From positions 320,001-384,000 of the forward strand of contig CAXXIA010000001.1 of NCBI GenBank assembly GCA_963666985.2: a stretch of 64,000 bases of DNA, in the 5' to 3' direction. This DNA is from Spirochaetia bacterium. Lineage in GTDB: Bacteria > Spirochaetota > Spirochaetia > DSM-2461. Within the stretch, counting starts at the first letter, position 1; each line of letters starts with the position of its first letter. Below the pieces are notes generated by a model. It saw only the letters and a list, made by a program, of their open reading frames with translations, made no database searches and was not told where the DNA came from. Below are positions 38,571 to 47,656 of this stretch, piece after piece. The position numbers and the translations under genes are program-made.

Positions 38571-38642
38571 ATTCTATTCGTACGAAATTTTCACTGTCAA
38601 CGCGGATCTGGGATTTGGATACCTCTTATTGGATTTTGATAC
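38571..38642 (-). promoter_or_regulatory. Promoter of the amidohydrolase/ABC operon with an upstream direct repeat (candidate YesN/AraC site)
   Basis: TTGACA(38600-38595)-18 nt-TAGAAT(38576-38571). GTATCAAAATCC (38642-38631) and GTATCCAAATCC (38622-38611) match 11/12 at a 20-bp period. Confidence 0.7.
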
Positions 38643-40339
38643 ATTCGGGTTTGATGAGTGAAAGGATTCACCGTGAGAACGTTTCTTTTTCCGAAAAGAG
38701 CACGGCCATAACGGATTATTCCGCTATGAATCAGGATTTCGATCGCTTCTTCGGCGTCTTCCAATTCCCAGCCCGCCAAACAGCCGAATCCGGGACTTTG
38801 ATCCAATCCCAGCCGTCGGATTTCCATTGTGCGCCGCCCGATCAGGATACGGGCCATTCGGCCTTTGCCGAATCGGCGGTTATTGCGGCGGACTGTTTTT
38901 AGGATGGATTTGAATTCAGGCGGCTCTTTCCAGACCTCTCCGCCGCAGACGTCGCAGCCTGTGCAGTCCTGCGCCTCAATCCCCAGGGATTCCAGAAGCA
39001 TCTCCCTGCGGCAGCGGCCGGCGGAGAGGGCGTAGCGAAGTATGGTATCGCGGCGGACGCGGGCGAGAGATTCGGGAGAGTCTGAAGAGGCATCGAGTGT
39101 TTTTCCGCCGGATGTCCGCATGGTGCCGAGCGGAGAGTTCGATATCGCGCGGAGAGGGGCAGGGCCTTCCAAATCTTCTTTTGAAGCGGCCTGAGAGGAT
39201 CGGTATTCGTTTTGTTTCCCGTGAGGAGCGCTTTTGGGATTATCCGGGTTTTGATAATCAGCCGTATCTTCGGGCGTCAGGATAAGCCAAGCCTTTGCGC
39301 CCTTGCCGTCACGGGAGGCTCTGCCTGATTCCTGGAGATACGCTTCCGCCGAGCTCGGTGGGGCAAGGTGAACGACGGTGCGGATATTGCTCTTATCAAC
39401 GCCCATCCCATAAGCGCAAGTTGCACACAGAATACCGTCGCGGCTCGAAAGAAACCAATCCTCCAGACGCTTTTTCTCGGCGGGAAGCAGGCCCGCATGG
39501 TAGTAGCGGATCTCTTCATCCTTAAGCCGGTGCCGAAGTATTCTGGCGGCGGTTTCCACGGAAGAACGCGTGGGGCCGAATATGATGCAAGGCCTTTGTT
39601 CTTCTCTGACCAAACGCTCCAGGATGTGGAAGCGGCTGAGGGTCGGCAGAACACCGTAGCGGATGGCGGGTCTGTCCGGATCGGCAAGGGCTTCGGATGG
39701 CCTTTCTCCGTTGAAGAGCAGATCGGTTATACGCTCCCTGACGTGCGGACCGGCTGTCGCCGTGAGGGCCAGGACGGCATCGGGATTCCATTCGGTAACG
39801 AGGCGGCCCAATTCGGCGCAGGCCGGTCTGAAGGTTTCGCCCCATTGACTGACGGTATGGGTTTCATCAACCACTAAGAATCGCGGTTTTAAAGCTTTGA
39901 TTCTCTCCGATACGTCCGCGATCGCGAGGATTTCCGGATTGGCCAGAATAATGTGAATCTCGCCGTTTTCCAAAGTGTTCCATACGTCGCGGCGCTCGGC
40001 GGCGTTCAGTCCTCCGCGCAGAACGGCGCACGGTATCTTCGCCGCGTCAAGGCGGCGTTTCTGATCGGACATCAGGGAAAGTAGGGGGAAAACAGCCACG
40101 GTTAGGGCGCCGCTCATCACGGCCGGAAGCATCCAGCAGAGGCTTTTCCCGGCACCGGTGGGAAGAACCGCGATGCGGCGCAGCGGCTCCGGCGCCTCTT
40201 CGTTTTCATTAGCGGGTACAAGAGCATCCAGAACCGATGCGATAACAAGACGCTGCCAAGGATAAGGAAACGAAATTCCGAAAATGATTTGGGCGGTTTT
40301 TTCGATCGGATCTTCACAGTCAAGCGTTTTTAAGTTCAT
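38597..40339 (-). CDS. recQ: RecQ-family ATP-dependent DNA helicase
   Basis: LPTGAGKSLC, PLLSLM.DQ, DETH, WGETFRP, ALTATA, GMGVDK, QESGRASRDG, Zn module CRR...CTGCDVC, RQC-like tail. Confidence 0.93.
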   Translation of the reverse strand: MNLKTLDCEDPIEKTAQIIFGISFPYPWQRLVIASVLDALVPANENEEAPEPLRRIAVLPTGAGKSLCWMLPAVMSGALTVAVFPLLSLMSDQKRRLDAAKIPCAVLRGGLNAAERRDVWNTLENGEIHIILANPEILAIADVSERIKALKPRFLVVDETHTVSQWGETFRPACAELGRLVTEWNPDAVLALTATAGPHVRERITDLLFNGERPSEALADPDRPAIRYGVLPTLSRFHILERLVREEQRPCIIFGPTRSSVETAARILRHRLKDEEIRYYHAGLLPAEKKRLEDWFLSSRDGILCATCAYGMGVDKSNIRTVVHLAPPSSAEAYLQESGRASRDGKGAKAWLILTPEDTADYQNPDNPKSAPHGKQNEYRSSQAASKEDLEGPAPLRAISNSPLGTMRTSGGKTLDASSDSPESLARVRRDTILRYALSAGRCRREMLLESLGIEAQDCTGCDVCGGEVWKEPPEFKSILKTVRRNNRRFGKGRMARILIGRRTMEIRRLGLDQSPGFGCLAGWELEDAEEAIEILIHSGIIRYGRALFGKRNVLTVNPFTHQTRMYQNPIRGIQIPDPR

Positions 40340-40456
40340 ACGGTATTTTACGTACCGGAATTGAGATTCTCTTGAAGTTCTTCAAATCGAAAGAAAAGAT
40401 AGAATTAATCGAAATAATTTTATTGACCGGAGAAGGTATTCATTGATAATGAGTAT

Positions 40457-42313
40457 ATGAAATCGTACCGGAAAAGACCGGTAGCCGTGCTCATTATAAT
40501 CTTGTTCTTATTAATGAATGCGGCCATCGCTTATGGAACCCAAGATTATCCCAGGGCGAATAGCGGTTTTATTAATCTGCGGTCATATAATTTTGAAAAA
40601 AATGGGCCTGTTATCTTATCGGGTGAATGGGCCTTTCATTGGGGAGTTCTTATTGATGAAGAGAACTTTCAGCGCCTCAGTGAAATGCGGCCCGCTTATT
40701 ATCATAATGTTCCGGGATATTGGAATACTCTAACAAAATATGATTCGTCTATAACGCCGCACGGCATTGCGACTTATGTGATAAAGATCGATCTAGGTCC
40801 GAATAACCGAGATCAATTGGCCTTAAGATTCCAAAATATTACACCGAATGCCGATATTTATATTAACGGCATTCGTTTGGTTGAATCAGGCGTTGTTCAT
40901 GCCGATCAGAGGATTTCGAAATCAGGAAACCGCCCTCGAATTATCCCTTTGTATCCCATACATGAGAGTCCGATTGTTCTCGCTGTCGGTATCTCCAATT
41001 ATCATTTTATAAAAGGCGGATTGAACAAGCCGATACAAATCGGATTATATGATGATCTTCTTCTCTCAAGGGAACGCATTCTGGTTATCGATGCGTTTTT
41101 TCTCGGAGGACTAATGCTGATGGGCCTGTATCAGCTGGCTCTTTTTTTCCTCAACAGGAAGCGGAAAACAACCCTCTTTATGGCGCTTATCTGCTTTTTA
41201 GCCCTGATGTTCTCAGGATTCCGGAATGAAATGGTCCTCCTTTCACTGTTCCCGGGTTGGGAAGGTGAAACGACTACAAAAATCCTTTATCTGACTTTGG
41301 CTCTGGTTCCTCCGATGATCAGTCTTTACACTTCAAATCTTTATCCTCTCTGCTTTAGAAAATCTTTCCATTTACTTTTTATCCCTATTGGAGTTATCGC
41401 TTTTTTTACAATTCTTTTTACAGATAAGTCCTTTTTTACACGCCTCACACTTTTATTTGAGATTCTGATTGTAAGTGCGACAGTGTATAATCTTGTGGTT
41501 CTTGTCATCGGATATTTTCGAACAAAAGAACGTCCTCTCCTTATTTTTTTGGGCGGTCTTCCCTTTCTTTTCCTCAGCATCGCCATAGGAATAATGGACG
41601 ATGTTAATCCTCATCCGATTCAATGGGCGGGTGGAATCGCCTTTGTTTTTATTCTCTATCAGACTTTTATACAGGCATATTTTTATTCCCATGTTTTTGA
41701 TGAAATTGATGACCTTTCTCTTCAGAAAACTAAGCTTGAAAAACGAAATATTGAATTATTCAATCTGTCGTATATCGACAGTTTAACCGGTATTTGCAAT
41801 AGAAGATTAATGGATGACTATTTAGCCTCAAACTGGAGGGTGAATTCCTTAAGTGAACGATCGTTGGGAATAATTCTCATCGATATTGATAACCTCAAAG
41901 CGTTTAATGATTATTATGGTCAGCGTAAGGGCGATTTATGCATTATGAAAGTTTGCGAACTGATCCGGGAAGGACTCGGGGAAGATGATCGATACACCTT
42001 ATCCCGATATGGAGGTGATGAATTTTCTTTGATTGTTTCCGATGTGGATGAGATAAACCTTTTTCAGCTTGCTGAAACAATTCGCAAAAATGTTGAATCG
42101 GCCGGAATTGAACATTCATCATCTCTCTTGGGCGTGGTTACCATCAGTTTGGGATGCGTAAGTTTTATACCGGATATCGAGCAGACATACGATGTTATCT
42201 TGGATGCAGCATCATCGGCTCTGTGTAAAGCGAAGAAATTGGGAAGAAACAGAACCAACCGATACGGAGTCGACAAAGGGTTGGAACTCTGGCAGCCGAT
42301 TGCTGCGGATTGA
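40457..42313 (+). CDS. Membrane diguanylate cyclase (extracellular beta-sandwich + 7TM-DISM-like + GGDEF)
   Basis: LSGEWAF and GIATY extracellular domain, about 7 TM helices, IDSLTGICNRR, DIDNLKAFND, RYGGDEF. Confidence 0.9.
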   Translation: MKSYRKRPVAVLIIILFLLMNAAIAYGTQDYPRANSGFINLRSYNFEKNGPVILSGEWAFHWGVLIDEENFQRLSEMRPAYYHNVPGYWNTLTKYDSSITPHGIATYVIKIDLGPNNRDQLALRFQNITPNADIYINGIRLVESGVVHADQRISKSGNRPRIIPLYPIHESPIVLAVGISNYHFIKGGLNKPIQIGLYDDLLLSRERILVIDAFFLGGLMLMGLYQLALFFLNRKRKTTLFMALICFLALMFSGFRNEMVLLSLFPGWEGETTTKILYLTLALVPPMISLYTSNLYPLCFRKSFHLLFIPIGVIAFFTILFTDKSFFTRLTLLFEILIVSATVYNLVVLVIGYFRTKERPLLIFLGGLPFLFLSIAIGIMDDVNPHPIQWAGGIAFVFILYQTFIQAYFYSHVFDEIDDLSLQKTKLEKRNIELFNLSYIDSLTGICNRRLMDDYLASNWRVNSLSERSLGIILIDIDNLKAFNDYYGQRKGDLCIMKVCELIREGLGEDDRYTLSRYGGDEFSLIVSDVDEINLFQLAETIRKNVESAGIEHSSSLLGVVTISLGCVSFIPDIEQTYDVILDAASSALCKAKKLGRNRTNRYGVDKGLELWQPIAAD

Positions 42314-42414
42314 AAAGACAAAGGCTTCCGTTTTCTGATGTTTAACCGTTTTTGCTTAAGCTTCTATAAAGATGATTATGCGGGTGTCGGATCGGTTTTC
42401 TTTTAAAGTGATCT

Positions 42415-42813
42415 TCAAGTAATTTTCTTTAAAGCCTCTGAGCGTTTATTCGCCAGTTTCTGAAGTGTAATCCGATCCACGGCATGGCGTTCGTTGAACC
42501 CGTGGGCGATTACGCCCGTTTCATCGACCGCTTTCAAAGCGATTCTAATAATGTTGTCGACCACTTCCGTAACTCGCGCTTCTACGGTAATTGTCTCACC
42601 GGCCGGTGTCGGTTCTTCATGCGAAATCTGAATAAGGGCCGTAACGCTTGTAACGCCATCATTCAGAATCGAATCGAGAAGCTGCCATGATGTATTGAGC
42701 ATATAGCGGGTGAGGGCCGCGGTGGAAAGAAACCCGTCGAAAATATCGTTTTTTGCGATATCCCATTGAAGCGTTAAGGACTTGCCGTCCAGCTTTGTTT
42801 TCAAACTGGTCAT
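42415..42813 (-). CDS. Hotdog-fold thioesterase, FlK-like
   Basis: LSTAAL, ISHEEPTPAG..ITVEARVTEV, VIAHG..ER. SD GAGGAGG. Confidence 0.75.
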   Translation of the reverse strand: MTSLKTKLDGKSLTLQWDIAKNDIFDGFLSTAALTRYMLNTSWQLLDSILNDGVTSVTALIQISHEEPTPAGETITVEARVTEVVDNIIRIALKAVDETGVIAHGFNERHAVDRITLQKLANKRSEALKKIT

Positions 42814-42991
42814 AGAGGCCTCCTCACAAGCATATTCTAAGCTTCCTTCGGTGAGGCTTCCAGTTTCAAAAATGTGACTTTGCCAATTAAATCAAACGTG
42901 TTTCACGTTAGCGGAAAGATCGGTGTAAGATGAATTAAGACGATGCCGATCTTCCGTTAACCGGATCGAAAAGTAGTGGTATTCGCCTTGG

Positions 42992-43270
42992 TTAAAAAAT
43001 ATTTTCAGCCGATTGAGACGAAACGAGAAGCGAATCGAGGGAAGGCGGAACCGGTCCTTTCACAACACCCGGGTCCAGGCCTTTTTCCTTCATAAGGGCG
43101 GCGCCGATAGTCTCGGCCGGGATGCCCATGGAAAGAGCCCGATCCACCTTCGCACGTAATTCTAAAGCCGCGTTGATTGTTTTATTATCCACGACGGTTA
43201 CCATTCGATTCTCCTTTATCTGTTCGAACTGCCTCGTTGTTTTATTTTCGTCAGCTTTAAAGGCCGACAT
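42992..43270 (-). CDS. Hypothetical protein
   Basis: 92-aa ORF with protein-like composition following the GH3 gene; no family recognised. Confidence 0.5.
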   Translation of the reverse strand: MSAFKADENKTTRQFEQIKENRMVTVVDNKTINAALELRAKVDRALSMGIPAETIGAALMKEKGLDPGVVKGPVPPSLDSLLVSSQSAENIF

Positions 43271-43318
43271 TACGAGAGAATCTCTTGGTCTTCCGATAAG
43301 TTTTTCTGGAAATCCGTC

Positions 43319-45685
43319 TCAATAAATGTTTTTATGAAGGGTTCGTATATCCGACGCGCTTTTCATTCTCCATAAACCCTCAATGATCCGATCGGAGCCT
43401 TCGAGTGTTATGATGCTTCGATGGAGGATGTCTTTTGACGATGTTCCCAGCATGATTTCGAATTCCCCCGCTTCAACGACACGTTTCCCGTCCACACGCG
43501 TAAATGAAAGCATGTCCGTGGGAATGGAAAAGGCCACTTCCAGGATTTCCTCCGCATCTACCGAAACACGCCGGAAAGCTTTCAATTCCATGAGAGGGCG
43601 AACAAGTGAGGCATAGCAGTCCCGAACATAGATCTGTATCACCTCTTCGCCTGATCGTTCTCCGAGATTTCGGATGCGGCAGCTTATCTCAACCGTTCCG
43701 TCAATCGGGATTACCGCAGATTCAAGCGCGATATCGGCAATTTGAAACTTTGTATACGATAATCCGAAGCCGAAGGGCCTGAGAGAACCGAATTCGGGCT
43801 GTATCGGAGTTCCCGGCGATTTGAATTTATGATTATAAAAGAACGGCATTGCCCCGGCCGATCGGGGAAAGGAAACAGGCAGTTTTCCTCCCGGATTCAC
43901 CTCGCCGAAGAGGACCCTGGCTATTGATGCCGCTCCCCGGCCGCCGGGCAGTCCGGCGTATAGAATGGCTGCCGATTCTTCATCCGCCCGCCCGAGACGG
44001 TAGGGGCGGCCGCTGGAAAGTACGGTAACTACGGGCTTCCCCGTATCCAGAAGAGCATTCAGCAGCTCCTCTTGAGGACCCGGCAGGGATAAAGATGATC
44101 TATCGGAACCTTCTCCAATGGTTCCGGTGAGAAAAAGACCGGAAAGATCGCCCACCATGGCGACGATGACATCGGCCTCCGAAACGATTTGAGCCGCTTC
44201 CGGGATTCTTGAGGTATCCGTGCTGATCCATGATTTCTGGGCACTGCCGTCCAGTCCCACTTCACCCGGAAAGACCGGAGCGCTGTCGGGACGTCCGATG
44301 AGAACGTCGCAGCCGCGTGTGTGAATCAGTTGATCGTCCAGCCGATTGGATAAGATGTCCTTTAATGTTTCCAAACGGTCCTCATCTTCGCTCTCACCGG
44401 CTGAAATTAAGTGAACAGGGAAGGAATAACCGTTGAGCATCGCAAGAGGATCGTCCGCCAGAGGGCCTGTTAAGGCGATTTTAAGACCCGGTTTCAGCGG
44501 TAGAATCCCGTTGTTTTTTAAGAGGACCATCGAGCGGTCGGCGGCTCTGAGAGAAAGATCGATGCTTTTTTCCGATCTCAGATGAACAGCTTCTTCGTTG
44601 ATGAAAGGATTATCCAGAAGGCCGAGTCTCGATTTTTCTTTGAGAATTCGTCTGACGGCTCTATCGATTACCGAGCCGTCGATAAGTCCTTTATCCATTG
44701 CCCGGGCAAGAGCTTTGCCGTATACCGTATCTCCGGGAAGTTCGATGTCGACCCCGGAACTTATGGCTGCCGCCGCCGCTTCTTCAAAGCCGCTTCTGGT
44801 TCTATGATCGGTATGGAGCTGCGCAATCCCTTCATAGTCCCCGACGACAAGGCCGTCGAATCCCCATTCTTTTCTCAAGATATCGTTGAGATAATAAGAT
44901 GATTCGTGCATGGGAATACCGTCGATGTCATGGTACGCGGGCATAACCGAACCGGCTCCCGCCAGTTTCACCGCCATTTCAAAGGGCAAAAGGAAGGTAT
45001 CGTTTAATTCCCTCATCCCGATCCGGACCGGAGCGTGGTTGCGTCCGCCTTCACTGAAGGAATGGCCGGCGAAATGCTTCAGCGTGGCGATGATACGGCG
45101 GTCCGAACCCTGAAGTCCTTTGACATAAGCACATCCCATGCAGCCGACGAGGTAAGAATCTTCACCGAAGCATTCTTCACTGCGTCCCCATCTGGGATCA
45201 CGGATAACGTCAAGAACCGGAGAAAGGGCCTGTCTTGAACCGACGGCCTGGACTTCGTCACCGATTGCGGCGGCGATATCCCGGACCATGTCTTCATCCC
45301 AGAGGGCGCCCATGTTGACCGAGGACGGAAAAATCGTGCCGCCGCGGGCCATCAGCCCGGCAAGGCACTCTTCATGCGGCAGAGCGGGAATGCCGAGCCG
45401 GGTCCGCTCCACAAGAAATTTCTGGATTCGGTTGAGACTTTTAACACCATCAATCGGATTGATGGGAGCGGCTCCCAGCGGTCTGGTAATTTGGCCGATT
45501 CCATTTTTCATGGCTTCGAAAGGATCCTCATTAGAGGATTCGTGCCGCAAGCCCGCGAGATTCTTTATGGAAATACCACCATCGGTATCGGTTATAAGCC
45601 AGATAGAGTGAAGCTGGGCAATTTTTTCGTCCCAAGTCATGCGGGAAACCAGGTTGGCTGCGCGTTGATCGTGTTGAATCATCAA
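43319..45685 (-). CDS. Glycoside hydrolase family 3 (beta-xylosidase/beta-glucosidase) with C-terminal Fn3-like domain
   Basis: RLGIP, RDPRWGR.EE, TLKHF, VMPAY, WGFDGLVVGDY nucleophile, NPGGKLP, FGFGLSYT. Confidence 0.96.
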   Translation of the reverse strand: MMIQHDQRAANLVSRMTWDEKIAQLHSIWLITDTDGGISIKNLAGLRHESSNEDPFEAMKNGIGQITRPLGAAPINPIDGVKSLNRIQKFLVERTRLGIPALPHEECLAGLMARGGTIFPSSVNMGALWDEDMVRDIAAAIGDEVQAVGSRQALSPVLDVIRDPRWGRSEECFGEDSYLVGCMGCAYVKGLQGSDRRIIATLKHFAGHSFSEGGRNHAPVRIGMRELNDTFLLPFEMAVKLAGAGSVMPAYHDIDGIPMHESSYYLNDILRKEWGFDGLVVGDYEGIAQLHTDHRTRSGFEEAAAAAISSGVDIELPGDTVYGKALARAMDKGLIDGSVIDRAVRRILKEKSRLGLLDNPFINEEAVHLRSEKSIDLSLRAADRSMVLLKNNGILPLKPGLKIALTGPLADDPLAMLNGYSFPVHLISAGESEDEDRLETLKDILSNRLDDQLIHTRGCDVLIGRPDSAPVFPGEVGLDGSAQKSWISTDTSRIPEAAQIVSEADVIVAMVGDLSGLFLTGTIGEGSDRSSLSLPGPQEELLNALLDTGKPVVTVLSSGRPYRLGRADEESAAILYAGLPGGRGAASIARVLFGEVNPGGKLPVSFPRSAGAMPFFYNHKFKSPGTPIQPEFGSLRPFGFGLSYTKFQIADIALESAVIPIDGTVEISCRIRNLGERSGEEVIQIYVRDCYASLVRPLMELKAFRRVSVDAEEILEVAFSIPTDMLSFTRVDGKRVVEAGEFEIMLGTSSKDILHRSIITLEGSDRIIEGLWRMKSASDIRTLHKNIY

Positions 45686-45702
45686 TGACTCCTCGGTTTA
45701 CC

Positions 45703-46554
45703 TCATTCCTTGATGGAACCGAGGGCTACGCCGGCGATGATATACCTGGACAACAGGAAGTAAATTACGAATAAGGGGAGTACCGTAAGGGATAGTCCGA
45801 GATAAACGGAACCGTATTCGGTTCTATAAATATCTCCCCTGAGTAAGCTTACCATTATCGGCATGGTATATTTGCTTTTGTCGGTTAGAAGAATGAGCGG
45901 TCGGAATAAATCATTCCAGCTGAAAACAAACGAGAAAATTGCTTGAGTGGCCAAAGCCGGTTTCATGATTGGAATGATGATTCTGTTGAATGTGTATAAT
46001 TCTCCGGCGCCGTCAATACGGGCCGAATTAACAATGTCGAGCGATAAAGTCGCCAAGAGATACTGACGCATGAAGAAGACAACGGCGGGAGATGCTATGG
46101 CGGGAAGTATCAAAGGCCATAAACTGTTTGTCCATCCGATGCGGTACATGAACTGGTAGAATCCGATGGTTGAAACCTGCGCCGGAAGCATTAAAACCGC
46201 CATGATGAACGTAAAGAACGGCTGACGAAGTTTCCAGCTGTACGCTACCAATCCGTAGGCGGTTAAAGAAGAAAAATAGACGGCACAAAAGGTTGCCCCT
46301 GTGGATATTAAAAGAGAATTGATAAAGCCTACGAGCGGATTAAAACTTTTACTTAAAAGTATCTTCATGTTGTTCAGCAGATGAGTTGACGGTAAAAGGG
46401 CAACCGAACTCTGCTGAATCTCATAAGTTCCGCGTGTGGCATTAATGAACATTACCCAGAAAGGGAAAATCGATAGAATTGAGAGGAAAATGCAGACAAT
46501 ATAGACAATCGTTTTTGAAATGTTACGCGAAGTTTTCATGCTTTTCGAGATCAT
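45703..46554 (-). CDS. Carbohydrate (CUT1) ABC transporter permease, MalG-like
   Basis: EAA-like NSARIDGA, WNDLF.PL. Confidence 0.95.
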   Translation of the reverse strand: MISKSMKTSRNISKTIVYIVCIFLSILSIFPFWVMFINATRGTYEIQQSSVALLPSTHLLNNMKILLSKSFNPLVGFINSLLISTGATFCAVYFSSLTAYGLVAYSWKLRQPFFTFIMAVLMLPAQVSTIGFYQFMYRIGWTNSLWPLILPAIASPAVVFFMRQYLLATLSLDIVNSARIDGAGELYTFNRIIIPIMKPALATQAIFSFVFSWNDLFRPLILLTDKSKYTMPIMVSLLRGDIYRTEYGSVYLGLSLTVLPLFVIYFLLSRYIIAGVALGSIKE

Positions 46555-47522
46555 ACAGCCATCCCCTTTGCTGCGGCTTTTTGCATTTTTATCCGCGTTT
46601 TCTCATACTTTCTTTCCCGTATCGCTTCTTTATCACGCATGATGAAGAAAAGGATGCCTGAAAGAAGGGCAATAATAAGGAACATAATAAGACTGGCCGC
46701 CGACGCTCTGTTGTACAGATAACTGCCGCTGAAGGCTTGATTGAATATAAAAACACTCGTGGTTAACGTCTCTTGATTCGGTCCGCCCCAAAGATACAGT
46801 TTCGGAATATCGAACATCTGCAGTCCGCCGATTAAGCTGGTGACCAATGTGTAAAGTAAGATGGTTTTCAGCCTGGGCAGGGTGATGCGGAAAAAGATTT
46901 GTGAAGGGCTTGCGCCATCGATTTCAGCGGCTTCAAAGAGCGACGGATTAATTCCCAAAACTCCCGCGATGAGAATAATCATGGTATTCCCATACCACAT
47001 CCAGAATTGGATAAACGCAACCACTCCTTTTGAGGTCCAAGCTTGCTGATGAAAATTGGCGGGAGAATCATATATACCCAAAGCCATAAAAACATCGTTA
47101 ATAGGCCCTTTCGGATAGCCGAAAAGAGAGTTGAAAAGAATGGCGATCGTGGCCGCCGTAATGATATTGGGCATATAGATCAAGACTTTAAAAGCCCCTT
47201 GTCCTTTAACCTTGAGTCGGCTGTTTGTAAACCAAGCGGCTAAAAGAAGGGCCAGCAATATTTGAGGGATGAAATTCATAATCCAGATAATAAATGTTGT
47301 TGATAATGATTTTCGGAACGTCGCGTTATTAAGAATGATCTGGAAGTTTTCAAACGGTTTTTCCAGGATGTGAAACTCGGTCTTCGTAAGACCTCTCAGA
47401 TCCGTAAATCCGATAATCGTTGTAAAAATTACAGGATAAAGAGTAAAAATTAAAAAAGCCAATACGAAAGGTATAGAAAAGAAATATCCATATTTCGCGT
47501 AACTGACACCCTTGCGCCTCAT
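46551..47522 (-). CDS. Carbohydrate (CUT1) ABC transporter permease, MalF-like
   Basis: FEAAEIDGAS..QIFFRITLP, GGP. Confidence 0.95.
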   Translation of the reverse strand: MRRKGVSYAKYGYFFSIPFVLAFLIFTLYPVIFTTIIGFTDLRGLTKTEFHILEKPFENFQIILNNATFRKSLSTTFIIWIMNFIPQILLALLLAAWFTNSRLKVKGQGAFKVLIYMPNIITAATIAILFNSLFGYPKGPINDVFMALGIYDSPANFHQQAWTSKGVVAFIQFWMWYGNTMIILIAGVLGINPSLFEAAEIDGASPSQIFFRITLPRLKTILLYTLVTSLIGGLQMFDIPKLYLWGGPNQETLTTSVFIFNQAFSGSYLYNRASAASLIMFLIIALLSGILFFIMRDKEAIRERKYEKTRIKMQKAAAKGMAV

Positions 47523-47609
47523 AAACCAGATACCTCCATTGATACACCCCTGCGGCCGGCAGTTTTTTTCAACGACAGTCAGAAGATGTTTTCTCTTCTG
47601 ATGAAAAAG

Positions 47610-47643
47610 AAAGGCACGAGAATGGTATCATTCTCGTGCCTTT
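47610..47643 (-). terminator. Strong stem-loop between the binding-protein and permease genes
   Basis: AAAGGCACGAGAATG-N4-CATTCTCGTGCCTTT, a perfect 15-bp stem followed on the minus strand by a U-rich tract. Confidence 0.8.
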
Positions 47644-47656
47644 GCACATACGGTAA

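Noticed and set aside
42899..42914. Canonical parS site
   Set aside because: Only 11/16 match to TGTTTCACGTGAAACA, and the right arm is not palindromic.
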